Positions 43,141 to 57,091 of a stretch of 64,000 nucleotides of DNA are shown here, piece after piece. The notes beneath the pieces were generated by a model, which worked only from the letters and a program-made list of their open reading frames with translations, was not told the DNA's origin and made no database searches. The stretch's first letter is position 1. Each line of letters opens with the position of its first letter. The DNA is from Vermamoeba vermiformis (lineage: Eukaryota), in contig JBEWZL010000137.1 in the NCBI GenBank assembly GCA_045837725.1, positions 1-64,000 of the forward strand. The letters run 5' to 3'. Both the position numbers and the translations under genes were made by a program.

Positions 43141-45423
43141 TTATTGTATGTTACATTTATTGACAAAATGGTCCTCGAGAGCCTCGTGTTCAATGTGATG
43201 CGTCGATGTTAATTTCAGAGCAATGAACTTGATGAACGATGTGTTGAACAGCTTGTCATAGTCTTCAGGTGCTGCACGGTTGACAATGAGCATGAACTTG
43301 AGTAGATTCAAGAACTCGTCAGAGGAATGATAGCAATTCACGCTATCGATAGAGATGTGTCCACCTAGCGATTGCGAAGTGTTATTCGCTGAGTACAGTA
43401 GTAGTCTCACTTACCCTCGTACTTAATGTGCAACGTGTATTCGCAATCGTCGATAAAACCATAGTACACGAGCTTTTCTTCGAGTTCAAATTCCGCTGTC
43501 CTCACGTCAATCACGTGCTCGTCGTTACGGACGGTAAGCACGATATGATGTTGATCGAGGACTCGCGCGGCTTTATCAATGTGTAGTGGTTGATTGAAGT
43601 GGGTCCACAACAGACCAACGCAGTTAAAGTTCTTGTAATGCAGTGCATGCGCCACTAACTCCTCAGTCCACAGCGCATTCATCCAGGGCTGAGCAGAGTG
43701 TTGGTGATACAGCGCTATCAATCGCTGGAGAGCTCCGAGCATCGCTGTGTCACTAGGATCGAGCTTCGGAATGACTTTTAACAGCTTCAACAGCTCTCGT
43801 TCGGTCAAATAATCAGTCTGTTACTCCGTTAAATTACCATACGTAGTCATTACACTGCTTACTTTAACATCCGCATTCAACAAGCAGCACAACAGTGAGA
43901 GTGACATGCTCGGTGAATTCAACAGCATCTGAGGGACTGTCAGAATATTTGTGACACTTGTCTAATATCGTCAAATACTGACCTGCATGACAGTGAAGCC
44001 CTGGTCAGTCCTAGCTTCGAGATTGATCACCTGCATGTCAATCAGTGTTTGACACGCACCCGTCCGTCCAAGTGCAAAGGCACGGTGCAGCAAGGTATTG
44101 CCGTCAATGACAGCTGTCAACAAGGGTACTGCATCTGCTCCGAGCTACGCAATATGAGTGAGAGGTAGTCTAGGATTGACACGTGTCACTTACGAGCTCG
44201 CGCAAAGCTCTCAAACCACGACTTGCATCATGTGACGTGAGACAGCAGTGAAACACATTTAACGGCCCTGAGCGATAGTCGCGCAACAGCTGTGGAGGCA
44301 CGTGATTGAAGTCTGGAGACTGCGAGGGATTTAGTTCATGAACGCGCGGAACACTAGACACTTACATCGATCATGTGCGGAATATCGCTGCAAATGATTT
44401 GAAGAAGTTCATTCTGCAAATGAATCAATTGATAGCGATTACACGCGATTAGCAATTGACATGCATTTGCAACTGTCACGTGACCAGTCAAGCGTGACTC
44501 GCACCGCTCTTTGACACCTGTCAAACCGTAGTGTGCAGCTATCAATGACAGTCCAATCAATTGTTCCGGCTCTAGGCCGTTGAGTGACAGCGAACCTGAT
44601 CACCATGTGAGTATTTCCTAATTAGGAAATGTCCACTCACCAGAATAGAAGTGCTTGATCAGCGCATCCAAACACGGCACCAGCATCGCTTCTTGGTCCA
44701 CGAGCAGCGGATGAATGTCACGTGTTCGAATCACCCACGTGTACTGGCCGTCACTGTCACGTGACTCGAAAATAGTTGCAATGTTTTGCAGCACAATCGA
44801 GTGACAGTAATACGTGCCTGCGACCCCCTCAATCGTCACGTGACAGTCGCTGAACGGTGTCACGTGATCACGCTGCGGAGTGACACGTGTCAAATCACTC
44901 GCCAAGAGCTGCGAATGACGTGTGCGCTGCGTGTCAGACAACAGCTGCGGGTCGAGTGCGTAGAGCAGTGTATCCATGTCATAGCGCTGTCACGTGATCA
45001 GCTCTATCTCGCAGGGAGATTGAAGGCCTCGCTTACCTTGTACAGATCAACCAGGGCCTGGAGCTTGTCCTCTTGTTCTATCAATTGGTCGTCGTAAAAT
45101 AGTTGCAACAAATAGCCGAGCAGATCTGGCTTGTCAATGAGCTCTGGCAAGTAGACTACAGGCGCGTTATTATACTGTCCTATTTGATGGTCTAATAGCG
45201 CACGCAACAGTGCGGCACTGCGTGTATTAATGACGAACTGGTGGCACTTGAAATGATGCCGCGGATCTATCGCTTGAGCGAGGTCAGTGGTAGTGGAGAC
45301 TAGTATATCGTAGTGCCTTTCATTATTGAACCACTTTGCGAGTGATAACAGTGAACGTGGCTTAATGCGTGCTTTGAACCCAGATGTGATGCTGGAAGGC
45401 AGCCAGGTTGACGTCTCTTTCAT
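43141..45423 (-). CDS. Protein with tandem BTB/POZ-like domains and ankyrin-like repeats
   Basis: FKCHQFVINTRS...LLQLFY, FSDCHVTIEG...YCHSIVL, AAHYGLTGVKERCE and GNTLLHRA. Confidence 0.7.
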
Positions 45424-45770
45424 AATATTAGAATTTGTTGCTTAATTTTTAATATTCTTAATTATGCGGTGGTGTTTATATTTGTTGACATTCAGTCCAG
45501 CAAAAGAAACCTTACTTACTCTGCTTGTTGGGTGGTGGGGGCGGTGGAATAAGCTCCATATTGCACTGTATAGCAATCAATGAGTCACGAATCAATGAGT
45601 CATGAATCAGTGAGTCATGTTTTTTTTGGCTAAATTGTGTTGGGTTGTGTTTTTGGGCACCCCAAATTTCTGAAACTGACGGATGCGGCAGAGAAAGGAG
45701 CTCCTTGAAGCAGCAACTGAGTTCATTTAACGCTAGTATCATATACAATACAAAGGCTCACTAGTTCAGA

Positions 45771-47248
45771 CTAATCCATCGGTTTGCCCCAATTTGACAA
45801 ACCCCCAACTCCAGGCAAGTCTGGGAATCGAGAGCTCTTCGGTACGCGAGGGGCGTAATAGCCGCGCAAGTGCGTGTAATAGCGCACCTGTTCTCTGTTG
45901 GGGAATGCTGCGCTCGCGTACAGTGATTTGAACTCTTCTCCGGACACATCTGCCAATCCGATCTGTTTCAAGAGCTTGGTAAAGTCATTAGCAGCGTAGT
46001 CATCTATACTGTGCCAACCCTTTTCCTTCAATCGGTCCATAAGACTCTCGTCAGTATCATCTTCTTGCGGCGTGAAGGGCAACAAGAGCGAGCTGATTGG
46101 GGTATCTTGGAACCATTTGTTCTGATCGCGGTCCTCTGTCTCATCAGCATCATCTTCCTCATCTTCATCTTCTTCTCCTTCGTCATCGCTACAATAGCCC
46201 TTCATGCTCAGTGCTTGCGTTGAAAAGACTTGTTCGATCGGCTTGACTTGCGGCAGGAAATACGTCACGAGATTGAAGGCCCAAGCGCATGCAAAGTAGC
46301 TCGTAAGTGCCGTTAACTCGAGCACCTTGCCATTAGTTCCAATTACAATCAATTTGACGGGAGCTGTTGAAGTCACATCCCACTTATAGTTCTCATCTGA
46401 CCACTCTGCGGCTGCAAACACTTCGTAATACGAATAGATTACTCTGTTATTCCTATTTTTCACTATTAGCAAATCATAAACGACAAAAACACCATACCAT
46501 AATGAGTGGAGCTGCGGATGTGTTTTGAGGAATTCTTGTACTTGATCTACGAGTGTCTGTTGATACTCTTGACGAGCTACCTATTCGCAACAACGTTATA
46601 GAAGAGTATTGATACGTCTAGTACGTACAGTTTTGCTTAAAATCTGCAATCTCTGCAGATCTGACAGTTCAGAATTCTTGATGTGGCTGAGCAGTGATTC
46701 AACATGCTCAAGTGGTCGTTTAGAACGCGATAGAGCCCCATATAATCTGCGCCAGTCCAAAGCCTTAGCATTACTGGATAGCTTTCCGATCCGCCGCAAA
46801 CACAAGCCGCGCCAAATCTGCACTTCTGAAAAGAGTTTTTCGAAGTACTTAGAGGTCGTTAATAGCGAAATTATTTCGAATATATCTAAGTGTGCTGCTA
46901 TGTTGAGTAACGAGTCCTTGCTGAGCGAGCTCAAAGACGAAGTGTCCTCTTGTTCTGCCGCGGCACTTGGATCTGCTTTGAATCGTTTTGCAGCTCTTTC
47001 ATCGTGATCCTCCTTGCCATGGTGATTATTATGATCATCGTGATCGCTTTGGAACGAAACATTGGTGCAATTAATAACGGCTCTTTCGAATTTATCTATT
47101 AATTTCGGCTTACGCTTTGCGTTTTTTAGGAGGCTAATTAATACACGATGGTTAATATATATGCAATTGGGCAGTATTAATTAATTTATTCTTTGGTAGT
47201 ATTCGATACACTAATTGTAAACCTGTTTTAGTAAGGCTTACTTACCAT
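45771..47248 (-). CDS. F-box domain protein with an acidic region
   Basis: LSSLSKDSLLNIAAHLDIFEIISLLTTSKYF...WRGLC; ATG|GT first exon. Confidence 0.7.
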
Positions 47249-47427
47249 GGCTTGCAACAGCGAGAAAAACGGATCAGTTGTGGTGACTATATGTATGATC
47301 GTTTAATAATTGAATCCCTTCATGTCAAGCACGGGACCAGTTTTTCGACACAAAAGGGGATCTGTTCAAAAATTTCATTTTTGTTCTCGCACAACGAATC
47401 AACAGCACATCTTAATCAATATCAACC

Positions 47428-47655
47428 ATGTCAGATAAATACACCATCAACGGCAAGAAGATCGCCAAGAGCAAGTTCGAGGAGTTTAAGCGCACTTTAG
47501 AGTGGGACGAAGATCGCGGCGAAAACAAGACCGAAAAGGGTGGCGTTGAAGGTACTTACTACGAGAACGTCAAGGCTGGTGATGGTCGCGTGTACGAAAT
47601 GTTCTTGGGCGCCGACGCTGATGGCTACGACGTCTGTTACATCAACAAAGTCTAG
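47428..47655 (+). CDS. Small charged hypothetical protein, 75 aa
   Basis: Intronless ATG-TAG ORF with strong C/G-ending codon bias inside AT-rich flanks. Confidence 0.7.
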   Translation: MSDKYTINGKKIAKSKFEEFKRTLEWDEDRGENKTEKGGVEGTYYENVKAGDGRVYEMFLGADADGYDVCYINKV

Positions 47656-48315
47656 AGCAGTAGATGCAGCTTGATTTTGTTCGGGTCTGTATTTAAATGC
47701 ATCAGATCTATTTATTTCATAGCGCACTCATTTGTAAAAAGTTGAAATAAATGATCTGGCAATTAAAATATCACATCCTTTTTTCATTCAATAATTGCGC
47801 TTAATATTCGTAATATACACACAATAATTTGTGGATAAATATTGGTAATTATTGCCTATTAAACAGTGCTAGACTTCAATAGATCAGATTGATCGTTGAT
47901 CGAAAGCGAGTTAACTTATGTAACAAAGTAATGCAAGCAAGGCAAGGGTATAATTAAACAAGTGTATTTGGCGCAATTGGGACTCGATTTCAATCTGTTA
48001 ACGGTGCGGTTCAATCGATCCACGATACCCGTTGGCGTGTTAAGATCATTAAGTTCAGAATAGGCATTAATCGTCCGGATTGGCAGTGTCGCTGTTCATT
48101 ATTATAAGAACAAGCTAGTATACGAGTCGGAATCATGCTGATTGGTCCTCAGTCTGTTCGAGTGTACTCGGCGGAAGTAAAAACCAATTCTACGCGACCA
48201 GTCATACACAACACCACTGCGCTATCATACATCAGCAGCACAATTGCGTGATTAACATCGAATCATATTCCAGAAGTAGATATAACAAGCACTTCTTGGA
48301 GAAATTTGACGTGTC

Positions 48316-50335
48316 ATGGATGAGACTTCTGTTGGACTGGATCCAGCTTCAGAGTACGCTAAATGAATTATTACATATTTTACATTAATTATTATAGTTG
48401 TATTGACACTATTATATTCAAACAAGCGCAATTAGAATTTAATTCTGCAACAAATTCAAAAAATAAATTCCAAATAATTCCTAATATTTCTATTAGAATG
48501 GAAGTAGCGCCACACTCGCCTAGTATCAGTGAACCAAGTACTGTGGAGCCCATGAAAACAGATCTGCCACCGAAAAGACCACTTGAAGACGATACCACTA
48601 TTGTTACAAACACAGCTGACAGCGATCAGAATAGCTTCAATAACTTTAATACGAACAATACCCAAGACTATAATAGACTTAAAAGACCAGCCAAGCGCGT
48701 ATTGCGTCGAGCACGAGCACATCCGACCAGTGCCGCGCGTACGTGGAATGTGTTTGTCGGAGATCTGCGCTCAGAAGTGACTGAAGCTGATCTGCTGCAC
48801 GCATTCAGTGGTTGCGGACCTATTAATAGCGTCCATATTGTCAGAGACTCACTCACTGGTCAACAACGCGGATTCGGCTTCATTCACTTCAAGACCGCCG
48901 AGGCACAGCTCAATGCCCTCAAAGTACGTTACAATACGATGCATGTATTGAATACGATGCATATATTGAATGTGATACATATATTGAGTACGATGCATAC
49001 AGTACTCATATATATGGAGTACTCGCATCAGCCACGATACTAACCCCTGCCTATACACAGGAGCCCTACGCGCGCCAAGTGATTCGAGGCCGAGCAGTGC
49101 GCGTGTGCATCAGCGACGAGAAGAACACACTGCTGCTGCACAATCTCGCACCTGATTGGTCCGCTGAAGATCTCGAGCTCGAGATTACGCGTCTCGTATC
49201 GCACGTGCAGTCGGTGGAGATCAGAAAGCGCGCCTTTGAGCCGATGAGTGCTGTCATCACTTTCACCAATCACGACAGCGGAGATAAAGCCCGAAGAATT
49301 CTTGCAAAGACTCAACTGCGCGGTCAACGGCTGTCAGTCACGTGGGCTGAGACTGGTACGTCGTCAGTGACACGTGTCAATGAGCCACCACCGCGGCCAG
49401 CGAGTTATCCGCTCTATATTTGGAACTTGCACGCCACTGTTGACGCGACACTGCTGCGCGCACTGTTCTTGCAGTTCATGAACGCGCCCTCTGATCACGT
49501 GGGGCAGTGCACGTGTCTCGGCGAGGGTCGGGCGGTGTTGGAATTCAGTTCGCAATTTCTCCGCGCACGAGCTCTCAAAGCACTGACCAATGTGAAATTT
49601 CGTGGCAGCGCACTATATTTGGCAACGTCCCCGCCCAGCTCGTCGTGGCCCTCGCGCACCTTATTTGGCAATCACTCTGTAAATACCGCGTCCTTCAGTG
49701 AATCCAACTACCCTGTAAATAGCTACACTGTAAATACCTCCGCGCCACCCTCCCCGCACCGCTCCGCTCCCCGACACACCCGCGCGCGACTCGATGTCGG
49801 GCACGAACCCCCCGACATTTCGGGACTCAGCACGCGACCCACCAAGCGCGCTCGAGCCCCTGACACGCAGACCTCCGCGCTGACCCCGCACTACTACCAC
49901 TCCCCGCCCCCGACATTTGCAGCCCCGCACTTCAGTCCGGGCCCGACATTTGTCCCGCCCCCGACCTTCACGCAGCCCATGACACTCGTGACCTCCTTCG
50001 TGCCCGTGCTCGGCTATCAGACCGTCACGAACATCGCACCTGTCGGGCCCCTCGTCCCTGGCGCAGGTGTCCCATTGACAGGTGTCACCAACAGTGTGCT
50101 GCCAGTGAGTCCGTTCTACGTGCCCTCCATGTACAGCCCGTACTACACGCCACTGCACTCGTACGCACCGTCAGTGCCCAGCAGCGAGGTGCGCAGTGAG
50201 GAGCACGTGACAGACACGCACGATGAGGGGCACAACAGTAGTAATAGTGCGCCTAGTCTCGCTCACAGCAGCACTGCAGAACTCGCGAGTGAAGCGCATC
50301 CAGAGTCCGCTGAGGACAGTGAAGTGCGGCAATGA
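48316..50335 (+). CDS. Multi-RRM RNA-binding protein with a Pro-rich tail
   Basis: NVFVGDL (RNP2) and RGFGFIHF (RNP1), plus further LLLHNL and LYIWNL RRM starts. Confidence 0.85.
48933..49004. repeat. Intronic 18-bp minisatellite, ~4 copies
   Basis: AATACGATGCATRTATTG units. Confidence 0.8.
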
Positions 50336-50653
50336 ATTTGTATCATAGGCCCAGTATAATAGATATCGAACACTATGACCTGCGAATAAACACCCCCAGT
50401 TGTACATAACATGTGCTGTGTTACTCATAGTAACTAGCCTGATAACGGAACTGCCAGACTGATGGTACCAATACCACTATTTAGTTGGGATGTTCAGTCA
50501 CGCTGTCAGTCCCGTGTCAGGGCGCGCAAGATTTATCAATTTTATTTTGGAACTGAATCTTGGCGAGTGTGCGACATTAATAATTCCAAATTACAAGACA
50601 ATAGAATCTAGCACATTTGTGTTGCGTATTTGTCGATAATTAATATTGCAATA

Positions 50654-52427
50654 ATGTCAAAGTTGTACTTGTTGTTCGTTGTTGTCGCCGTTGCGCAGAT
50701 GTGCCTCGCGCAAACGGTCACTCAGCAGAAATGCTCTGATAAAGGAGGTACGCAGTATTTAATGTTAAATAATTTACTCGGTTATACCAGCGTGGTTAAA
50801 ACCGCTCGGCAATTAACCAACAAATCCGTTCGATCAGATTTCGCCAGTTCGAAATTTAGTTTCGTAATACATTGGGTAATTAATTAATATTATGCAGGCG
50901 AGTACTCGCAAGTGTTCGGTAATGCTATTTTCACCAACAATGCCTGGACCACGCTCTCTAACAACAGAAACGTGACTTTGGCCTCGGTGTGCATCAAGTT
51001 CCACGAGGACTGCTTGACTGAAGGCACTAACTGCCCGCTGTACATTACGTTGGGCACAAACTACGCGTACTTTGACCGAGTCGACGGCAGCAACCAGGTA
51101 CGTGCGCTCATTGCAAGACCATTGCAGAGAACAATTTATTAACGGACCGAATGAATTGGTTCCGCTACATTTATTGCATGATAGTGCAACGAATATGATG
51201 CTAATATTATGACGGTATACATTGTCATTTGACGAAAGATACGGCTGAACTCCGCACGTGGCGGATGTGTCACGCGTATCGATCTAAATTTTATTTGCGC
51301 TGTATTGTCGCAAAAAAGCGACATAATATTAAAATAGTATTATATCGCTAATCACATTATTCAGATCATCGTCGTGGAAGCTGAGTTTGATTGGACCTCA
51401 GATTCGCTCTACAACCTCGGCAGTCCAATCAAGAACTCTTTTGCCGCCATTCCGCGCGCCGTTGCAGCGCACTTCCCTGGCCTCGACAAGGCTCGCGTCT
51501 ATTTAGTCGGCTGGTCTAGTGCTGCTGGTACGTATTCACCACTCCCACTCTAGTACTAAGTGCACTGTACTCACTGGATCTGTTCGCTGCACAGCGGGTA
51601 TCTCGCGCGGTTTGATGGAAACTTTCCGCGGTGTTGATCAGTCGCCTTATGGCGGCACCTCCAATGTCTACGCTGCTGGTGAGTACTGTTGATATGACGT
51701 GTATTTGTCGTGCAAACCTCTCATTGACACGTGTCAAACAGTGGCCGCTATTGGTGCGTGCATCACTGCCAACGACGCCACGGTGTGGGGCCGTCAAGTC
51801 GACACCAAGCTGTGCGGTCAGTTCCACGTGTTCAACACTGTCGGTCAGAACGACACGACCTACACGCGCGACGAGTGTCAAGTTGCCCTGCAAGACCTCG
51901 CTGTCACCAACAAGTGCTCGCGCGTCAACTCAGGCTGGTGCTACGCTCAAAAGAGTAAGTCACGTGATAGTTAGTCCAGCGCGCGTATTGACACGTGTCA
52001 AACAGACGACCCCTACGCCCCCTACGCTGACGAGGGTCTAGTGCGCTACCTTGACTTTGGCAGCTGTCCCGGCGGTGACGTGCGCGGCTACTCCTTCGTG
52101 GGTCAAAAGAAAGTCACGACCTACACGAACACCAACCCCGACACTGACGCCTATCAAGTGGTCTGGACCTGGCTGCAAAACCGTCAAAAGCCGTTCGGTC
52201 AAGGTCAATTGGGCCCGCACGAAGGCACACTGCAGTTCTGCAATGCTACAATGACCCCTTCACAGAGCTGGACCTATCAGCGCGAGGACTGTGATTTGAA
52301 CGCTGCGTTTGCGACTGCTGACGCTCAATACACCATCACCATGCCTGTCTCTGGCCGCATCAGCGCTGCCTCCTCCCTCGCACTCACTGCTAGCGTGCTC
52401 CTCGCTGCTGCTGTGCTCTTGGCCTAG
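50654..52427 (+). CDS. Secreted, probably GPI-anchored, Cys-rich alpha/beta-hydrolase-like protein
   Basis: Signal peptide MSKLYLLFVVVAVAQMCLA, LDKARVYLVGWSS nucleophile-elbow-like motif, GPHEG, and hydrophobic C-terminus ...SAASSLALTASVLLAAAVLLA*. Confidence 0.6.
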
Positions 52428-52801
52428 AGTGCCTGGTACTTGTAGTTGTAGAAGTCTCTTGCTAGTCTCTGCTAGTAAAGACTATTTATTCGAGTTTGTG
52501 CAATTGGTGGTGCCAAAGAGTAATTTAGATCCGGTACCAATAGGTTTCCACACCGAATCCGAGTCAAATTATCGTATTGTACATGAATCAATCGCAGAAT
52601 CCAGCTTCGTTTGCTGATTTAATGGCAAGCCATCATTCTGCTGTTTCCAAAGTGCTCACAGCTGAATAAGTTGCACCATTTTGTCCGGACCTGGTAAACG
52701 CGAGCTGGTGCGTTAAAGCACAACAAGAGATTCATCCAAAAGCGTATGTGGAGAGGACGGGCAGCCCAACGCGCCTCACTAATTGGCTCATTAAGAAAAT
52801 A

Positions 52802-54199
52802 ATGCGCAGCTTCTTATTCACAACTGATTACACCGTGTGCGACTCTTTTTTTGGTTTATTTATTCATCCACTATACATAGCAGAGTTTGGCCAGGGCTTC
52901 CTGATGAGGTTATCGCTATAATATTTTGTCATATTGACACGATATCTCTTTTCAGGTAAGGTTGATTCATCCAAACCAAAAATTTTATTGCAATCAAATT
53001 ATTTATTAATATTTTTGTAGTATGGCTCAAGTATGTAAACGGTGGCAATGGGCTGTGTGGCAGAATGTATCAAACGTTAATCTCACAGGCAAAGTTGATT
53101 ATTATAATAGAGACATGGGCCTAGATGCAAAACAAAAAGTAGTCCTACTCGCATTTTCCCGCCTGGCTTATCTTCGTGTGCAAGAGATTTCTGTGCCTGG
53201 GTTTGTACTTGAATTTGGGTATGATGTGATTACTTTATTACTGTCAACAATCATTAATAATGCTGTCACCTCGTAGTTCAGATACTTTGGCTAAAATGAC
53301 CAATCTCCGTTCATTATCCATCTCTACGAAGGATTATTATCACGTTGCAAAAGACTTTGTGAGCAAACTTACTACGTTGACTCGTCTCACATCGTTATGC
53401 ATCCCTATCAAATTGAAAGAAGAAGACGCATCTCACCTCACGAGATTATCTCGGTTGTAATACTTGTATTTTCACCATCCAGATCTACATTCACTGGATT
53501 GGATTGTTAAACTACAACATTTGCACACTCTACGCTTGGAAGATTGGTCTTGCTATGAGTGGAATGGCACTCAAATAACCAGTTTGACATTAACCCATTG
53601 CAAAGAGAAGCATATGACCAAAATATTACTATTCACACAGTTAAAAGAGCTTCGTTTGTTAAACAATTATTATGATGCCCAACTGGCGCAGTTAACTAAT
53701 CTCACGTCTCTCGGTGTCGGGCGGTTTCCATCTTTGAAGGCTGAGGATGAGATGCCTTCACATATCAAATCATTTTCAGCAAAAGTACTGCACACAAAGA
53801 AACTCTGGTCGTTTACTTGCCTTAACGAGCTCTACACAGGTACATCTATCAATCTATTCTAAAGCATTAGTGTTGAACTATAATATTTAGTATTTAGGGG
53901 CAAGTCTAAGTAAATTTACGGTTCTAAGCACATTGCCACAACTTCATACACTAGTAATATATGTTGGTACATTGGACCTTGTATCGCAACTGACAAATCT
54001 AACCCGTCTTGGACTGGAAGACTTGCCTTATCTTGAACCCCGAGATACTTTTTCAGTATTCAGTCGCTTGTCAAATCTTCGCGTGTTGGAATACTCCACT
54101 CGTGGTGACTCAGATATACCACCTTCATCAATTGCTGATGTGTTTCCGATCGGAAATGTGTTAATCAGAAGACGTCCACTTATTGAAGGCTATGACTAA
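52802..54199 (+). pseudogene. F-box/leucine-rich-repeat gene with an in-frame stop
   Basis: LPDEVIAIIFCHID F-box and LTNLTSL-type LRRs; TAA at 53458-53460 falls inside LSRL*YLYF. Confidence 0.65.
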
Positions 54200-54269
54200 T
54201 TACTGATCAGGCGTTTTTTCTTTCCTTGCCTTGTGAATATATTTTACATAAATACACATCAATACAAGC

Positions 54270-56987
54270 TCATTCGTCATTAGTTTTGTTCTCTGTACTC
54301 TCCACAGCTTGCATTCCCTCCCCAGTGTCGAGGTGCTTGTTCGCGGCACTGTCCTCTGCGGGCTGGTGACTATTGTTCCGCTCGACTAACTCCGGCATCG
54401 ATGTCTCGCTGACGATAACATTGCTGTTGTTCTCTTCGTTCACTGAACGGCTGTCACTCTTCGCTTTGAGCTCGTCCATGGCACAGCCAGTCATCAGATG
54501 CGTCAAGTGCACTTGAACACAGCGCTGCAGCGAGTCGAGATCATACCCGCCCTCGAGCACGCTGATCAGTCTGCCGGCACAGTGCTTCACCGCGAGGGCT
54601 TTGAGCTCTTCAGTCATGTACGCGTAGTCTGACTCGTCCAGGCGCAAACACTGCACTGGATCGTCTTTGAAGGCGTCAAAGCCTGCTGACAGCACAATCA
54701 GCTCGGGCTTGTACTCGTCAATGGCCGTCAAGATCTTTTCTCTGAACGACACGTGTTAGTCATGCACACCGTTCACTGAAACACTCACTTGAAAGCTTTG
54801 CGGAACTGAGCACTGGTTGAACGGTTTTTGAGCGGCACATTGATGATATTTTTGGCGGGTGAAGTGAGGCCAGTGTGCGGATAGACCTCCGAGCAGTGCG
54901 ATGAGATGAAGAGCACGTGATCTTTGAAGCGCTGATTGGTCGCCATGATGTCTTCTGTGCCGTTGCCGTGGTGCACATCTGTGACGTGTCAGTGACATGT
55001 GACACGTGTCAATGAGCAGCACGTACCGAAGTCGTAAATAACGACACGTGTCAGTCCTCGGTTGAGTGCGTAATTGACACCGACAGCGACGTTGTTGATG
55101 AGACAGAAGCCCTGGGACTGTGCCTGCGCGTGCCCTGAGTGACCTGCGTGGTGCCCTGGTGGACGATCAGTACAACGTTTCAGTGAACGAGATATTCCGT
55201 ACCTGGAGGACGCACTGCACAGAACACGTGACGCACTTGCGCCAGTTCATCGTCGAGCGGGGCAATGTACAGCGAGTCAGGCTGCGTGTTGCTCTGCGAA
55301 TCGAGTTGTTCCGCTGGTGGCACGTGATCAGCGAGCACAATGTCTACTGCGCGACACACGGCACTCGCACTGGCCAGCGCGGCATCGAGTGAGTGACGCG
55401 AGACAAATCTGCGACAGGTGAGTGAGTGACACGTGTCAAACAGCGCACTGGACTAACTATCACGTGACTTACGTGTCCTGTTGCTCCGAGTCACGTGACT
55501 GTTCTTGACTCAACTGCGTGCCGTGCTGGGGCAAGAAGGACAGACTGCGCGAGACACGTGCCTTCATCTTGGCGAGATAGGCCTCGCTGTGGATCTGACT
55601 CAACTGATCACTTGCCAAATTAGGCAAGTCGTTCAGCTTGACGACCATCATATGTTCCGCGACGACTTTGCGCAGCTCGTCAATGCCACTCAAGATGTAT
55701 TTGAGTCGCTCTGGCTTCTCCAAGTGCCACTCGGGCACGATGTGTGTCAGACAGGCCTGGTGCGCGTTAATATATATTAAATATCTAGATATCTGTATGT
55801 ATATGATGTGTATACTATATATAGATATCTGTATACAACTAGGTACCTCGTCGTACAGGATGGCCAGTTTGTGTCGTGCACTGAATGAGTACCCGCGCAG
55901 GGCGATCTGATCGACATATTTGGCAATCCACGTGGCACGTGCGCGTTGCGGTCGAGTGCTGCGTGTCGGTGTCGCGTCACTTGCCTTATTTGTACTGCTG
56001 TCTGTTTTGCGCTTCTTTTTGTCGCGTGACGGGCCCCAATCAGCGTCCTCTGCCACGTCATCAGCCGAGTCTTTGCGACTCTTTCGCTTCTTTCCTTTTT
56101 GGGTCTTGGATTCGGTCTCCAGGGCCTCTTTGGGCTCAGTGCTGTCGCTATTTTTAGCCTCGCTGTCACCATGCAGTACCGCACTTGACACTTCTTCAGT
56201 GGGTGTCAACGACTGCTTGACACGTGTCTCGAGTGTCTGGTGCTCATTGCCTAATTTGGTAACATCACGTGCCTCGTCCTCGACAGCTTTGTCTTCTTTG
56301 TCCGTGTCGTCGCTGTACACTTCCGGCGCGAGGGTGGAGGTCGAGCGCGTCAAGTCACGTGACTCGTGCGGTGCCACCAAGCGGTACACGTAGCACTTGC
56401 CTGATAAGGAAATCTTGTCGCCCAATTTGAGCATGTACTCTTTGTCGGCACTGAGCTTGAGGGGCTCGGAGTGATCTCCGGCCACGAGATACATCGTGTT
56501 GCCACCGAGCTGCACGAGAATTAGAGCGGGTGACACTAATAGCCTTAAATAGATCTATCGCAGCTAATTATAGATCACATCCGTTCACTGAACACGCACC
56601 TGTTTGATCTGCGCGCTGTTCTTGCTCACTGCCGTAAGGACTGCTTGGACGCGCGAGATGGAGTGGATGGGCCGCGACTCTTCAGCGACAACATCTCTGC
56701 GGCCTATTGACACTGGCTTATTCAACTCGCTGTAGTGTTGGCTGCTCGTTAGTAGTGCAATGCGCGGCAGTTAAATTAATTCGTTGAAAAATACTGCAAA
56801 ATTGATTTTAATGTTGGGACGATTGATGTTATTGCCGCAACACTATGAATATTATATATAATTCCGTATTAATTTACTGGCCAAGGAGCGGTGATGTTTG
56901 AACAGATCGAGTCGCAACAACAACTTACAGCGGGATCCAAGGGTTTTCACCCGACTCAGGCTTCAACCAAAATACAGGATCAGTCAT
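54270..56987 (-). CDS. Class II-like histone deacetylase with an N-terminal FHA-like domain
   Basis: HLEKPERL, RPPGHH, GFCLINNVAV, DFDVHHGNGT, SAGFDA and LEGGY motifs; N-terminal SIGR...ISRVQ...QLGGN. Confidence 0.9.
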
Positions 56988-57091
56988 GCTAGTGTTCGGT
57001 GATATCAATCGCGTTCCTATTCACAAATCAAGTTGAAATGTGGTGTTGACAGCTCGATCAGCATTAATAATTCTGTGCGCAATGCAACACC

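Noticed and set aside
53458-53460. Stop-codon reassignment (TAA read as Gln)
   Set aside because: Conserved genes end at TAA or TAG at the expected places (MCM2, RTCB), and long ORFs lack internal TAA.
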